From assembly GCA_050613775.1 (NCBI GenBank), contig JBODTK010000011.1, positions 372,001 to 436,000 on the forward strand: DNA of 64,000 nucleotides, in the 5' to 3' direction. This DNA comes from Neocallimastix sp. 'constans' (Eukaryota). The position numbers and the translations under genes are program-made. The stretch's first letter is position 1. Each line of letters starts with the position of its first letter. Positions 26,944 through 41,507 of this stretch are shown here, piece after piece. The notes below the pieces were generated by a model. It saw only the letters and a program-made list of their open reading frames with translations, was not told where the DNA came from and did not search any database.

Positions 26944-27733
26944 TTTGAAAAATATGTTAATAGATTAATACACATAAATATAGACATAGATAATATATAT
27001 ATATAATTTCAATATATATAAATATATTTTATTAATTATTTTTAATAATAATTAATAAATCATAAAATTACATATATAAATCATTATTATAGTAATTATT
27101 GATAAAAGGATTTCAAGTGAAAAACCAATTATTTCCATTATTTTAAATTTTTGTAATACCATATTCCCTAAAACATTTTTAGATGCTTTAAATGCATTTT
27201 CAAAATTACTTTTTGAGTTAACTTTTTTTTTTTTTTTTTTTTAGTCATTTTAAAAATAGTTTATTATAAGTTTATATTAAAAATATATTATGTTGATATA
27301 TAAAATTAATTATTAAATATTAATTTATATAATTATAATTCATCATATTTGTTTATAGTATTAATTATTGAGTTTACCGATAAAGTATCTTTAAATAAAT
27401 ACCCAAAGGTATAATAATAAAAAAATATATATATATATATATATATATTTATTTATTAAAATATGTAAAAAATTTAAATATATAAAATTATTTTTATCAT
27501 AATAATTAAAATAGTTAATATTTAAAATAAAAATATATACAAAATATTAAATAAAATCTATTATATGTATATTTATTATTTATACCTGAAATGAGGCTCA
27601 TATAATATATCTTCATATGTTTCATTTTTTCTTAACATTTCTTTCATTATTATTATTATTAATATTTGGAATAAATACATATTATTATCATTTATTTATT
27701 TATTTATTTATTTTTATTTTATTTTTTATTTTT

Positions 27734-27771
<38 letters not shown>

Positions 27772-28598
27772 TTGTCTTATGACTTGAATAAATTAACTAA
27801 TACTAATTATATGAAAATAAAATTACCTCTATTAACAACATATTTCAAATTTGTAACTAATTTTTTAAAAGAGTCTGCTATTGGTATTACTTCAACGGTA
27901 TCGAATGCATATTCACCAACAGGAACAAATAAAGGACTATCACTGATAGTATTCCTCATATTTTTATCAACATTGATAAAATTTAAATCTTGAAGAATAT
28001 ATAAATCACCATCAGCTGCTTCTTTATATATTTGATAAGTAGGAATATCTCCAATGATAAGAGATAATGCTAGTAATCTGATATTACCAGCTGCTTCCAT
28101 GATGGTTCCAGGAATATTAATATTAAGATTTATATCGAAAATATTATTTTCTGCAAATTGATAGACATAAAGTACATATATTATTCTAATGTATTATTAA
28201 TAATAATATTATTAAAATTAGTATTATTACTATTTATTACTATTATTACTATTATTACTATTATTACTATTATTACTATTATTAATATTATTAATATTAT
28301 TAATATTATTACTATTATTATTATATTTAAAAAAAAAAAAAAAAAAAAAAAAAGAAAAAAGTGATGAAAAATTATTAATTAATATATATTATTATATATC
28401 ATTATATTAAAAGAGAAATTTACTCTATAGAAAAAATTATAATAAATAGAGCAATTAAAATATTCACATAATTTTTATATTGCTTAATTGGGTGAATAAA
28501 CTTTCTGGCCATTAAACGTCTTTTTGAAAAGGTTATATTATAATTTATATAAAAGATTATTTTTAATAATAATTAATAATATATACATATATATTTAT

Positions 28599-28651
<53 letters not shown>

Positions 28652-29171
28652 TTTTTTTTCTTATTTTTTTATAATATATTTCTTACTTTAAGGTAATTTT
28701 TTTTCGAATGTCTTTACTTATTCCAGATGAAACAGAAATATTTTCTGATTGAGTAAGAGAAATTAATGAATTTGAGAAAGAATTGTTTAAATTTGAATTA
28801 TTTTTGAGATTTCCAGATTTTTTTTCCACATCACTTTTTTTTTCTGTATTGATATTTATGTTGATTTCTTGTGCTTCCATTTCATTATTGGAATTATTTA
28901 AAAAGTTTTTATCATTCAATTTCACATTCTAATAATAAATTTTTAATAAAACAAATTAAAAATATTTATTAATTTTTTTCTTTATTTATTATTTTTCAAT
29001 AATCTTTTCATATTTCTTATATTTTTTTTATATAATTGATTATTAAAATAGATCATCTATTTTAATACAAATATTTATATATATATATATATATATAAAA
29101 CTACATAAAATTCTTTTATTTTTAATATAACAGTAATAATTTATATTTACCCCAATATTTTGAATATAACG

Positions 29172-29214
<43 letters not shown>

Positions 29215-29484
29215 ATATATATATATATATATATATATTCATTAAAAAGATGAATAATAGGTTAAGAAAAAAAATAAAGATCATTAAAAAGATGAATAAT
29301 TAGTTCAAAAAATACATATATAAGGATCATTGAATAAAAAAAAATTACAAGTTTAATAATATAAAAAAAATTCTATTATGAAATACGTACAGCTGCTTCA
29401 TCATCATTCTAAAAAAATTTTAATAAATTATAAATTATAAATATAAATTTAAATATAGTTGATTTATATATTATTAAATTAATA

Positions 29485-29515
<31 letters not shown>

Positions 29516-29889
29516 AATTATACCATAACATCCAACAAAAATAAGATATAAACTTTAATAACATCCTTTTTATATATATATATAATAAAATAAAAAAATA
29601 TTAATATATAATGGATTTTTTTTAAATAAAATAATATTATATAAATATATATAAAATTACTTTAGCATCTGTGAAATGCCTAGTAATAGTTTTATATTGC
29701 GAATTTGCTGAATTTCGATAGAAACTAATTCTTCTTATATTGGCTAAATAGGATAGAACATCTTTATTATTAGTACTATTTCTTAATTTAACGAATAATT
29801 CTTTAATTTCTTTTAATCCATTAATATGGGCCCCGACTGCCGATAATTTTAATTCTTCAAGTTTCAATGAAGAGGAACTTATTTTTGTA

Positions 29890-29927
<38 letters not shown>

Positions 29928-30460
29928 AAAATTTACATATAAATTTTATAATAAGTAATTAATATTATTGGATTAATTTAATATCTATATATTTTTTACT
30001 TCATATATTAATTTAATTTCTTTTAAATTTAATAATTAATAATGAAATTTACACTTCATTGGAAGTTATACTTTTTGCATTTTCTTTTTTTTCAATTTCT
30101 ATATAATCTACTGCTCTATTAATTAAGTACCTTTGTCTCATATTTAATTTCAATTCCATTGCAGTATTTAACATATAATTTCCATTAAATAATTCAATAT
30201 CATATTTTTGAAGTAAATTGTTTTTCTTATAGAATATTTTCATAGAATACATATAAAACCATGCAGTGATATATATCTGTTAAGTATAAAAAGTTTAAAA
30301 TATCAAATATTAAATAAATTATTTTCTAATTATTATTCGAGAAAAAAAATAATATTATTAATAATATTAATAAATATTATTCTCAAAAATTTAGTAATTA
30401 ATTTTTACATCAGCATCATGTGTATATTGATTTATTCTATTTAATATTATAATTTCAAAA

Positions 30461-30512
<52 letters not shown>

Positions 30513-30687
30513 ATTTAAAATATTATTATATTATATATTGATAAATATATAAAATAAAATTATATATATATTTTATTATTTATATAATAATTTACCCTTC
30601 TTCAAATAATTTTTTCATTAATAGGTAAGCTTCAAAATCTCTATTGGTTCTATATATAATAATATTTTTAAATGGAATTATTATTAT

Positions 30688-30730
<43 letters not shown>

Positions 30731-30769
30731 GTATTAAACATCATATATAAGCAAAAAATATGAAAAAAA

Positions 30770-30805
<36 letters not shown>

Positions 30806-31023
30806 TATTAAACATCATATATAAGCAAAAAATATGAAAAAAAAAAATTTTTTTTTTTTTTTCAACTTTAATTTTTTTTTATATATATTACCTTAAAAAC
30901 CGACATGCTATTTCACATTCAGAAATACTATTAAATACTTTTATTTCTTTTTTGATATACGTTTCTTTAGCTATTTTTTTAATTATTTATAAAAAAAGAT
31001 ATTTTAATATCAATAACTTTTTT

Positions 31024-31054
<31 letters not shown>

Positions 31055-32438
31055 AGTAATTAAAGTTATATGTATATATATTATTTCATTTTCAATTATT
31101 TTTTTATTTTTTTATTTTTTTATTTTTTTATTTTTTTTTTTTTTTTAATTTTATTTTTTGAATATTAATTAAAAATATTTTGATATTCTTACTAATTCGT
31201 TCTATTGATGTAAAAACTTTATTGTTTTTCAATTTTTCTGGGCTATTTTTTAATTCGTCTATTGAAGTTGTTTTTCTTATGTTTCTTACAATTTGCTTTT
31301 CTTGGTATTTTACATAAATTCTTTTTAAAATTTTTTTAAGGTAGAATTGATTGAAGAAGTACCCAAAGATTAAAAGAAAAATAAATAAAATGGGCATAAA
31401 GTCTGAAATGAATTGTGAATCATTTAAATTTAACAGTGTAATAAAAAATGAATATACTTCTATACCAAAATTTCCGAAATAAACAGAAAATTTATAATTA
31501 TTCACAACTTTCGAATAATATGGTTGAGTTTTTAATTGCAAAACGGATAAATATAGAAATAATACTATTCCAATAATAATAATTGCATATCTAATAATAT
31601 TTCTATCGAAATTATTATCCATAAAAAATTGTGGCAGAGTGTTTTTTTGGTAGGCCTTTAGAATCCATGTAAAATGAATAGATAGAAATAAAAAGGAATA
31701 TTATTAAAATATAGATAGATAGATAGGATATATAAAATTTATTATATATATTATTAAGTTTTAATAGTAATACCAAAAATGCTTTCACTATCGTTATTGC
31801 AATAATATTGGCTGAATTAATTGAACCGAAAAATTTTCCATGAGATAAACAATTAGTATTAAAATAAAGCCTATTGTACTGTATTAATGATTAAAGATTA
31901 ATCATTCAATATAAATTAGAATATAAAAAATAAAAACATTATTAAATTAAAATTCTTATTACTTTAATTTAATTATTATTTATAAATATTATTTTTATTA
32001 TTATTATTATTGCTATTATTATTATTGTTATTATTATTTTATTAAATTTTATAGGAATTTATAGGATACACAATTCATATTTAAGCAAACAATAAAAAAA
32101 TAAAATAAAATAAAATAAAATAAATAAATATATATATATATATATAAAATTTACCAAACAAGTAACTGCTACAATTAGTACTGTAAATGATAAAGTAATA
32201 AATCGGCTATATTTTTATAAAGAAAAATTTTAAATTATTGAATCATATAAAAATTAATTATTTTATTTATTATTAATACTATTAATATTATTAAAAATTT
32301 TATAGATATATAAGGATTTACAATATTAAAGTTATATTAGATGAACAATCTGGAACTCCTGTTAAAATATCTGACTTTCGACATGCGTATATACTACTCG
32401 CTAAAATATTAAATACTACATATATTTAAATATATATT

Positions 32439-32487
<49 letters not shown>

Positions 32488-33829
32488 AATATTATAATAA
32501 ATATATATATAATATTAATAATAATAATAATATTTTATTCATTTACCAAGTGAAAGAAAATATCTATATCATGTTACATCATAAAAAATAAATAATAATA
32601 ACAAAAAAAAAAAAATAAAAATGAAAAAATAATTAATACAATAATTAAATTATTATTAATATATAAATAAAAATTGTTTACCTCATCACAAGAAAGTAAA
32701 GTGTATTATAAAACTTTATTATATTATAATTAATAATTGTTTATTATTTTGATTTTATATGTATAAACATATATTATAAATTATATATATATATATAAAT
32801 TATTTATTAAATACCCAAAGATTTCGTTTCGACAATATTTTCCTTTAAATAATAATAATATTAATAATAATAATAATAATATATTAATATATTTTGATTT
32901 ATGAAATTTTTTATTTTTTTGGTAATCTATTTTTTTTTTTTTTTTGTTTGTTTAAATTTTTATTTAATAATTAATATAAATGTAAAAATAATAATTTCCA
33001 TTTTAATATTACCTTCCTTTATAATATAAAATATACCCTAATAATATATATTAATGTTATAATTAAATATATATGTCTCAGTTTAAATTTTAAATATATA
33101 TTCATAAATTATAAATATTTACCTATAACAATTAATATATATATAGTACATACATAAACTACAGTAATGGGAAAAACTAATAAATAAAAAAAAAAAAATA
33201 AATATTTATTATGATTAATATTATTGAATTAAGTATTTTAAGGAATATTATAATTATAAATTATAAATATTTTTTGATTTTACAAAATGAAACAGAATTA
33301 ATAATTTGTGGATTAAATATAGTGAATATATTTAATATCCATGGTCTTAATTTAGTAAAAACAAAACCAGAAAATATATATTGAACAAATTGAAAATCTA
33401 TTAAAAAAAAAAAAAAAAAAAAAAAAGTGTTAAAAAAACAAAAAATAATAATATAATATAAATATAATTATATAGTTATTAATTAAGTATACTAATTATT
33501 TTTATACCTTCTATAATAACTAAAAACGGAATCATCCAATCGACAGGAACATCTTGTGGAAGAGCATTAAAAAAAGGATAAATACTTCGCTTTATATTTC
33601 AAATATATATATATATATATATATTTTAATGAATATTATTAATTTATTAATTTATTAATTTATATTTCAAGATTTTTTTTTTTTTTTTTTTGATAATAAA
33701 TAATATTAAATAAGTTTTTGCTTTAATAGACATTTAAAAATAGATAAATATTGGTTAAATTTAATTTTTCGATACCTCAAATATGTTATAGTTGATTGTA
33801 TTTTTCTTAAGTATATTATTATCGTCCAT
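24873..33829 (-). CDS. Multi-exon TmcB/TmcC-like (tiny macrocysts protein) polytopic membrane protein
   Basis: Many short GT-AG exons. First exon 33776-33829 gives MDDNNILKKNTINYNIFE. N-terminal TM bundle (QPYYSKVVNNYK), motifs ECEIACRFLR and DA..YITAWFY (TPR-like region), a Ser-rich linker, further TM helices, and a C-terminus FLIPQKIINKNEKFR-FLETTQTDE* (stop 24873-24875). Full exon set not resolved. Confidence 0.7.
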
Positions 33830-34034
33830 TCTTTTCAGATAGGTTATTACTTTTTAAATTTTTTAAAATAATATTTTTATCTTTATAAAAAAAAAAAATA
33901 TTTAAAAAAGTTTTATTTTTTTTTGCTTAAAAAAAAGTGAAAGATAAAATTTTAAAGCATTAATAAATAAAATTAAAATTATTAATAATTATTATAAAAA
34001 ATATTAAGCAATAAAACAATATATTTTTTTTATT

Positions 34035-34074
<40 letters not shown>

Positions 34075-35758
34075 GATATATAAATTAAGTGTGAAAATAA
34101 CTTTAAAATTTTTAAATTTTTAAAATTTTTAAAAATAAATTAAATATAAAATTTAAAAAAAAAAATACTTTAAATTATTATTATTTATTTGGATTTATTA
34201 TAATTAATGAAATTTAAACTACTTTAACCTAAAAGATATAATTAAAAAAAGAGTCCAATGACTAATTAAAACAAAAATTGTCCTACGTATAATCTAATTG
34301 ATTATATTTTGTATATCATAATTAGTTATTTTCGTTATTTTACTCTTAACAATATGTGTCATATTTCTATCTTTTACATCATCGCACATTTATATATACA
34401 AATAATATTCAAAGCTATGATTTTTAGTTAAGAGTTAAAACTAACTTTTATTTTGTAAACATAATAATAATGAACATATTTAATGTTATTTCTAACAAAT
34501 TTTACTCTTTTTTTTTTTTTTTTTTACTAAAAATTTTAAAATTTATTAAAATACTATTTAATATATGTAAATTTCCAAATTTTTAAATTCTTATATATAT
34601 GTGGAAAAAATACCTTAATAATAAATATTTAATATTAATAATTGCTATTATTAATAAAAAGTAATTAGTAAAATATAATATATAATTATATATAAAGAAA
34701 AAAATTAAGGAAATTTTATTATTTGTAATAAAATTTTAACCTTTTACTTTTTTTTATTTATATATATATAATCCATTTTATTTATATATATATATAAATA
34801 ATATAAAAATATAATTATATTTAATATTTTTTTTTTATTTTTCTATTAATAATACTTCTACTACTACTACTACTACTGCTACCATTAATAATAATAATAA
34901 TAATAATAACAGTTAATTATATTTAAATTTTATTTTTCAAAGGAATATATTATTAATTAATAAAGTTTATTTTTTTCTTTTTAAAAAAAAAAAAAAAAAA
35001 AATAAATTTTAAAAATTTTTAAAATAGGAAAGATATAATTAATTTAGTGAATAGAGATATAATAATAAATAATCATTTTATGATAGGTAAATATATATAT
35101 TATAAATTTAATTCTTTATTTTTTTTTTTTATTTTTTTTATTTTATTTTATTTGAAAATAAATAATATAAATTTAATTGTATTTATATTTTATTTAATAA
35201 TTTATTATTATTATTATTATTATTATTTTTTCCTTTTAAATTTAATAAAATTAACATTAAACTTTTATTAACTTTTTTCCTGTTATAAATTAAAAAAAAT
35301 AATAATTATTTAAGATTTAAAATGATCATCTTTTTTAATTTTAAATTTTTTTCATAGTAAATAATCATTTTTTAATATACATATAAAAATAATAATAATT
35401 TTATTTTATATATTTTTTATTCTATTATTTATTATTTTTTTTTCTTTTTAAATTTCATTAAATTTATATAATCTTTTTATCTTTTATACATCATAATAAT
35501 ATAAGATTTAGAAATATCACCATATTTAACTAATATATCTTAGAAAATATTATAATTTTTTGGGTTTAAAATAATAAAAAAAAAATTTATATATTATATA
35601 AGTTTAAAATTTTGGATAATTTATTATTATTTATAAGATATAAATAATAAAATTTTTTATTATTTTTATATATATTATAAAATAATTATTTACTTTGTAA
35701 ATCATTTAATTATTAGATAATAATAATAAATTAAATATAAAGGTAATAAAGGATAATC

Positions 35759-35808
<50 letters not shown>

Positions 35809-35911
35809 AAATAAAATAAAAAAAATAAAAAAAAAATAAAAAATAAAAAATTAGAAATTAAAAATAAAAAGAATCAGAATTATTTTTATATTTTGTAAAA
35901 TATTAATTTTT

Positions 35912-35946
<35 letters not shown>

Positions 35947-36489
35947 GGAATATATATAACTAAAATAAATATAAAATATAAATTTTATACTTTATTTGAA
36001 TCTTATTTTAAAATTTCTTATTTTTTTTTTTCCTTTTAAATTTAATAATATTAGAATTTAACTTTTATATAGATTATAAATTGAAAAAATAAAAAATGAA
36101 TAATAACCATATTTAACCTTATTTAAATTATGCATATCATCTTTTACAAAGTAAATTATCATTTTATAATTGAATATAAAAATACTTTTTGTAAATAATA
36201 ATATATAATAAAATTTTATATATATATTTTATTTTTATACAATAATAAAAATATTAAAGATAAATAATAATAAATAATAAATAGATAAATATAAATAGAT
36301 AAATAGTAAATAAATAATTAAATAACAATTAAACAATAACAATATACAAATAAAGAAATAAAGAAATAAGAAATAGAAAAATTTTTGATATTTTAATTCA
36401 TGATTTTTAATAGGTAAAAAAAAAAAAAAAAAACATTGTTCATTAAAATAAGGAGTTTCAATGAAAATTTAATGAAGTATTAATTTTTT

Positions 36490-36800
36490 TCCAGATTCAA
36501 TTAAAATATCTTCTGACTGAAAAATAAAAAAATTTGATGTAAAATTTTTTAAATTTTTTTTTATTATTAAAATGTTAAGATTTATTTTCTATTAACATTC
36601 TGTTCTGTATTTCAGAAGTAATTTCATTTGTTTTTATTTCATTTCTAAATATCAATCCATTTACATTTATTATATAATTTCCATTATAAAATTCTATATC
36701 ATATTGTTTTAAATTATTATTCTTAACAGAATTTTCATGGAATGTATATTAAACTATTAAGTTTGTATATCTATTAATCATCAGAATAGTTTATCATATT
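36490..36800 (-). pseudogene. Collapsed pseudogene fragment paralogous to the TmcB-like gene
   Basis: Minus strand reads HSMKI..KNNNLKQYDIEFYNGNYIIN (compare YSMKIFYKKNNLLQKYDIELFNGNYMLN at about 30170-30250), followed by NEIKTNEI...QSEDILIESG (compare NEMEAQEI...QSENISVSSG at about 28720-28890). Confidence 0.75.
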
Positions 36801-37840
36801 TATTACTAACCATTATCTAAATATATAACTAACAAAATTAATTTTTCAAATTTAAAAATATATACATATTTGTATATAAAAAAATAAAATAAAATTAATT
36901 CTATTTGATCATCATTTTTAATATTAATTTTATTTTATTTTATATCGGAATTATTTGAATATTAATTCATTTTATTAATAATTAAAGTTATAATAATTTT
37001 TTTTTTTTTTTTTTTTTTTAAATATTTTTAAATTTATAATAATATTTTTAAATTTATAATAATAAATTATTTAAGTTTATAACAATAAATTTAAATATTT
37101 TTTTTTTAAATCTTTTTAGTACTATAATATATATTGTTTATCATATTTTATTTTTACCTTTCTTATAGAAGAACTTTTTTAATATTATATATATTAAGTT
37201 TTTTTTTTATTATTTTTTTTTATTTAATACTCAAGATTTTCATCATTTTCTTTCTTCTAATTTTTTTTTTTTTTCTTTATTGTAATATTGTTGAATTTAA
37301 TTAATGTAACCATTACTAATTTAAAGTTAAATAGTCACACCATTTTAACGGAATCAACACTCAACTGGTATTTCTTTTAAATAATTAGCTTCATATATGC
37401 TTCTTAACTTTCCTTATCACTATAATTTAACGAAATTAAGATTTATTCTTTGTAGGTTTACCTTATAATCACCTTCTCTCTACTTTCCATTTATTTTTCT
37501 ATTAGTACTTTTTTTTTTTTTTTTATAATTAATGTACAACATATTCACCTCATGTTTATATATATTAAATGGGGATATAATATTATTATTTAAAATAAAT
37601 AATTATGGATTTATAAGTAATATCTAATAAGTTATTTAAAATTATAATAATATCTTTAAAAAAAAAAAAAGAAATGTATTTCAAAATTAGGTCGTATTTT
37701 ATTGATATTCAGTAATTATTGTATTTTTATTAAAAATAATGATATATCTTTTTATTAAAGACTTATTACCAAGTTTTAATTATTTAACTTTAATATTATT
37801 TAAATCATTTAACATGAATTTAAACGAATTATTAAAATAT

Positions 37841-37878
<38 letters not shown>

Positions 37879-38485
37879 ACATTTGAATAATTATTATATT
37901 TTATATTTATATTTATATACATGTATAATTAAAGTTTAAATAAATTTATATTTTAAATAATAAAATCAATAATTATATTAATAAATAAATAAAAAATAAA
38001 TATTAATTAAAACTAGTAAAATATTATAAATACCATTTGATTTGATAAAAAGAAGTAATTTTTAGATTTATAGACCTGAATTTTAGAATATTTTATTTAA
38101 TTAAAAATCATATAATTAAATTATTTTTAAAAAATACATATAAAAATATCTTTAAAATATATATATTATATTAATAAAAGTAAAGATGAAAAATATTTTT
38201 TTCTTTTTTTTTTATTGTATATTTTTGGATATATATACTTTTTGCATTATTAGTCATTAATATTATTAATATTTAAATAAGTTTAAGGTTATAGAAAAAT
38301 TATTAAATAAATAAACAAAATAAATAAATATATATAATTATATATATTGGTAAATAATTTATATATTTTTGTCTTCATAAAGACCTATTATTGGATTTTT
38401 CTTTTTCTTTTTTTTTTTTTTTAATAATTATATTTTTAATATTATGAAAAAATTTTAAAATTTAAATTTTAAATTTTGATTATGG

Positions 38486-38516
<31 letters not shown>

Positions 38517-38999
38517 AATATGTATTATACATATTAAAAATAATTAAAAAATTTTTTAAAAAATTATTAATGAATTATGTTCATTTTTTTTTTTTTTTTT
38601 TTTATTATATCCACTTTTATGATGTTCATTTATTAGTATCTGTTTTTTAATATATCATAGTATAATTATTAAATAATATTATAAAAAAAATTTTTTTTTA
38701 AATTATTTTCTCTTTCTTTTTTTTTTTTTTTATAAAAAAAATTATTCATTATGCATAAAAATGTTAAATTGATTAATTATTAAATATACTGACTACTCAA
38801 ATATATATTTAATATTTTTATTATATTATATTCTATTATAATAGATGCTTCAAAAAAATACAAAAATCACATGTCCAAGATGATTTCTTGAGGGAAAAAT
38901 ATAAAATTTTAATTTTTGATTTCACAAATTATGAATTTATTGATGAGAGAGAAAAGGAGAAAAAGGAAGAAGATAATAAAAATAGTATATGCCAAAAGA

Positions 39000-39390
39000 T
39001 AATATTTAAATAAAAAAAAAATATTAATTGATATTGATATTGAAACTCATAATATAATAGATGAAAAAAGATAGTGTACATTAATGTGGGTAGCCAAAAA
39101 TGGAAATCAAAATACAATGCGTCGATTAATAAATAAAGTACAGAGTCAAAGGAAATTGTAGAGATAAGGAAGGTGGGAATGCGCTGATGCTATCATATAT
39201 CAAAAATGGAACAGATGGAATTGTTCATTGCTTAATAAGAACAAATATGGAAAAACAACACACATTATAGTAGTTCAATATGAGAATAGATATGATGCTT
39301 ATGAACTAGTAAAGCAAGCAGATATAAATTTAAAAAACATAGGAGGAAAAAAATAGATATGATTTTAGCTATTGAAAGGGGTATTTTAAT
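39000..39390 (+). pseudogene. Degraded ankyrin-repeat gene fragment
   Basis: Frameshifted pieces LMWVAKNGNQNTMRRLINK, NCRDKEGGNALML...NGTDGIVHCLI, NKYGKT and ELVKQADINLKNIGGK follow the ankyrin consensus. Confidence 0.55.
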
Positions 39391-39565
39391 ATTTCTTATA
39401 TATTAATATTAAGGGAAAATGATTCTTTTGAGCCTTATAGAAGTTATAATAACGTTTTGGTTCACCTTGAAGAGAATTAATGTGAGCAATCCTTTGTTCA
39501 AAGGAATGTAATGAATTGGGCTGGAGTACATCAGAAAAATTGTATATGGTATCTGAGAGGTGATG

Positions 39566-39599
<34 letters not shown>

Positions 39600-40099
39600 G
39601 CAAGGATAAATACACAAGAAGAAAACTCTCAAAGGCTATTATTTATAAATTCAAAAAAAAATTTTTTAAAGAATATTTTTAAGGATTGGAACGATTAAAG
39701 GTATAGGGAAGACAAACATATAAAGGATAAAAGTGGATATTATATATTTCTTATGTCATATACTTACAAAGGTATCTCCTTCAAGAAAGGCGAATATTTA
39801 AGCCCAGATAAGCTCTATTAGGAGTGAGAATGTTTTTGATCGAAATTCTCAACATTATGGACTAATTAATCCAAAAATATAAGTGAAATCATATTCTCAA
39901 AGCCTGACTTTCCTTATCTCTACAATTTGTAATTTGATTCAACAAAGTTATAAACTTATTTTTTAACAATCTACAAAACAAACCATCAGCAATAATATAC
40001 AATCAAAATGGTAATAGAATGGCAAATATCACCAGTAATAATTCCAACACTTTTAGATTATGAATTTCAAAATAAAAATAAAAATTCGATCCTATAATC

Positions 40100-40400
40100 A
40101 ATAAATGTAATTACGAATTATATCGATCAACATAAGATTTAAGTGCAAAATATGAAATTTTGGCAACATAGATTCACTCATTTCAACACACATTTCAATA
40201 TTGATCTTATTACATTAAAAATATTATTATTGAAATCACCAATACACCTTCAATGTCAAATTTGGGCCAGCTCCAAACAAAAAAATGAGCCTTACAAAAA
40301 ATCAAAATACAGCTCAATAAATCTATTATGAACTATTTTATATGGACCTCGTTAGACCGCTTCCTGAATCTATATACAGTAATCGTTACTTCTTCACTAT
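40100..40400 (+). mobile_element. Ty1/copia GAG-pre-integrase / integrase N-terminal fragment
   Basis: FWQHRFTHFN, CQIWASSKQ and YELFYMDLVRPLPESIYSNRYFFTI resemble copia WH.R.GH, C..C...K and H.DL.GP motifs. Confidence 0.75.
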
Positions 40401-40717
40401 ATATTTATATATTAAATATCACCGTGATTTATACATTGATATGCGGGACTTTTATGTGCAATAATTTATAAACAGTGGTTTTTTTTTTAAATAATGATTG
40501 TTTTAAACAAGCTAAATAAAAATTAAATATACTAGAGTAAATGTAACAAGAGAACATAAATAAAGAAGCTTTATAAAAATAGCTAAAAGAAAAACATACT
40601 ATTTTAAAATATAAACAAAGATTTGAAATTTTAGAAGAAAAATTAAATTACTCTTAAAGAATAATAATATAAAATTAGAAATATTTATTAAGAATTCAAG
40701 TTAATATTTTAGTGTAG

Positions 40718-40904
40718 ATGACGTAAATCCAAATAGGTAGTCATTCTTTAAAGGGACGTAAAAACCAAAAAGGTTAAGCCATGAGTTGTCGCTTTAGTTA
40801 GGCGTAAAACCAAAGAGTAGCCGTATATATCTATATGTTTGTGTGGGCATAAGACCTAAAAGGCAACCACTGTAGGGATGGCGTAAAACCCAGTGAGGTA
40901 TCCA
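40718..40904 (+). repeat. Five degenerate hairpin-forming repeat units, consensus GGCGTAAAACC-N(3-6)-GGTAGCC
   Basis: Units at about 40718-40744, 40754-40780, 40801-40822, 40843-40870 and 40876-40904, separated by unrelated 5-20 nt spacers. Confidence 0.7.
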
Positions 40905-41132
40905 ATTCATAATTAGTAAAGCTTGAATATAATTAAACCTATAATATAAAGGTTTATTGATGTTTGGAGTAATAAAAGTTAATTATAGTATGAATATAAT
41001 TTAGAACACACTTTAATTTGTATAAATTTAAAATCTAGTATTTGATAAAATTTAAAATAGTATAGATTATACACATATTCTATAGCAAATCTAATTTTTG
41101 TAAAATAATTAGAATGTCAAAATATGTGAATT

Positions 41133-41507
41133 GGGTGTGGGGCATTTCGCCAAATTACATTTCGCTAAGTTGCACTTCGCCAATTTTTTTGAAAGCATGT
41201 GGCGTATTAAAAAATTTGGCATTTCGCCAAATTGAAAATTAATAAATAAATAAGTCAATAAATAAAATTAAATATTATTAATATTGAATAAAAACAATTT
41301 TAAAAAAAATTATTTTGAATTATTATTTATTTATTTATTCAATTATTTATATCAATACTCCACTTGTCGAAATGCAACTTGGGGAAATGCAACATTTTAA
41401 TACTACGCCACTTGTCGAAATGCAACCTGGCGAAATGCAATTTGGGGAAATGCAATTTGGGGAAATGCAATTTGGGGAAATGCAATTTGGGGAAATGCAA
41501 CTTTCCC
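41133..41507. mobile_element. Non-autonomous Mutator-like (MULE) MITE, copy 2
   Basis: Termini GGGTGTGGGGCATTTC...GAAATGCAACTTTCCC, flanked by a perfect 9-bp TSD ATGTGAATT (41124-41132 and 41508-41516). Tandem 15-bp GAAATGCAATTTGGG subterminal repeats. Internal AT core shared with 4922-5195. Confidence 0.88.

Noticed and set aside
39420..39830. GC-richer stretch that may be a gag or ORF1 relic
   Set aside because: No diagnostic motif recognised on either strand.
40718..40904. CRISPR array interpretation of the repeat-spacer pattern
   Set aside because: Repeats are degenerate, spacers are only 5-20 nt and unequal, there are no cas genes, and the context is eukaryotic. Kept as a structured-repeat finding instead.
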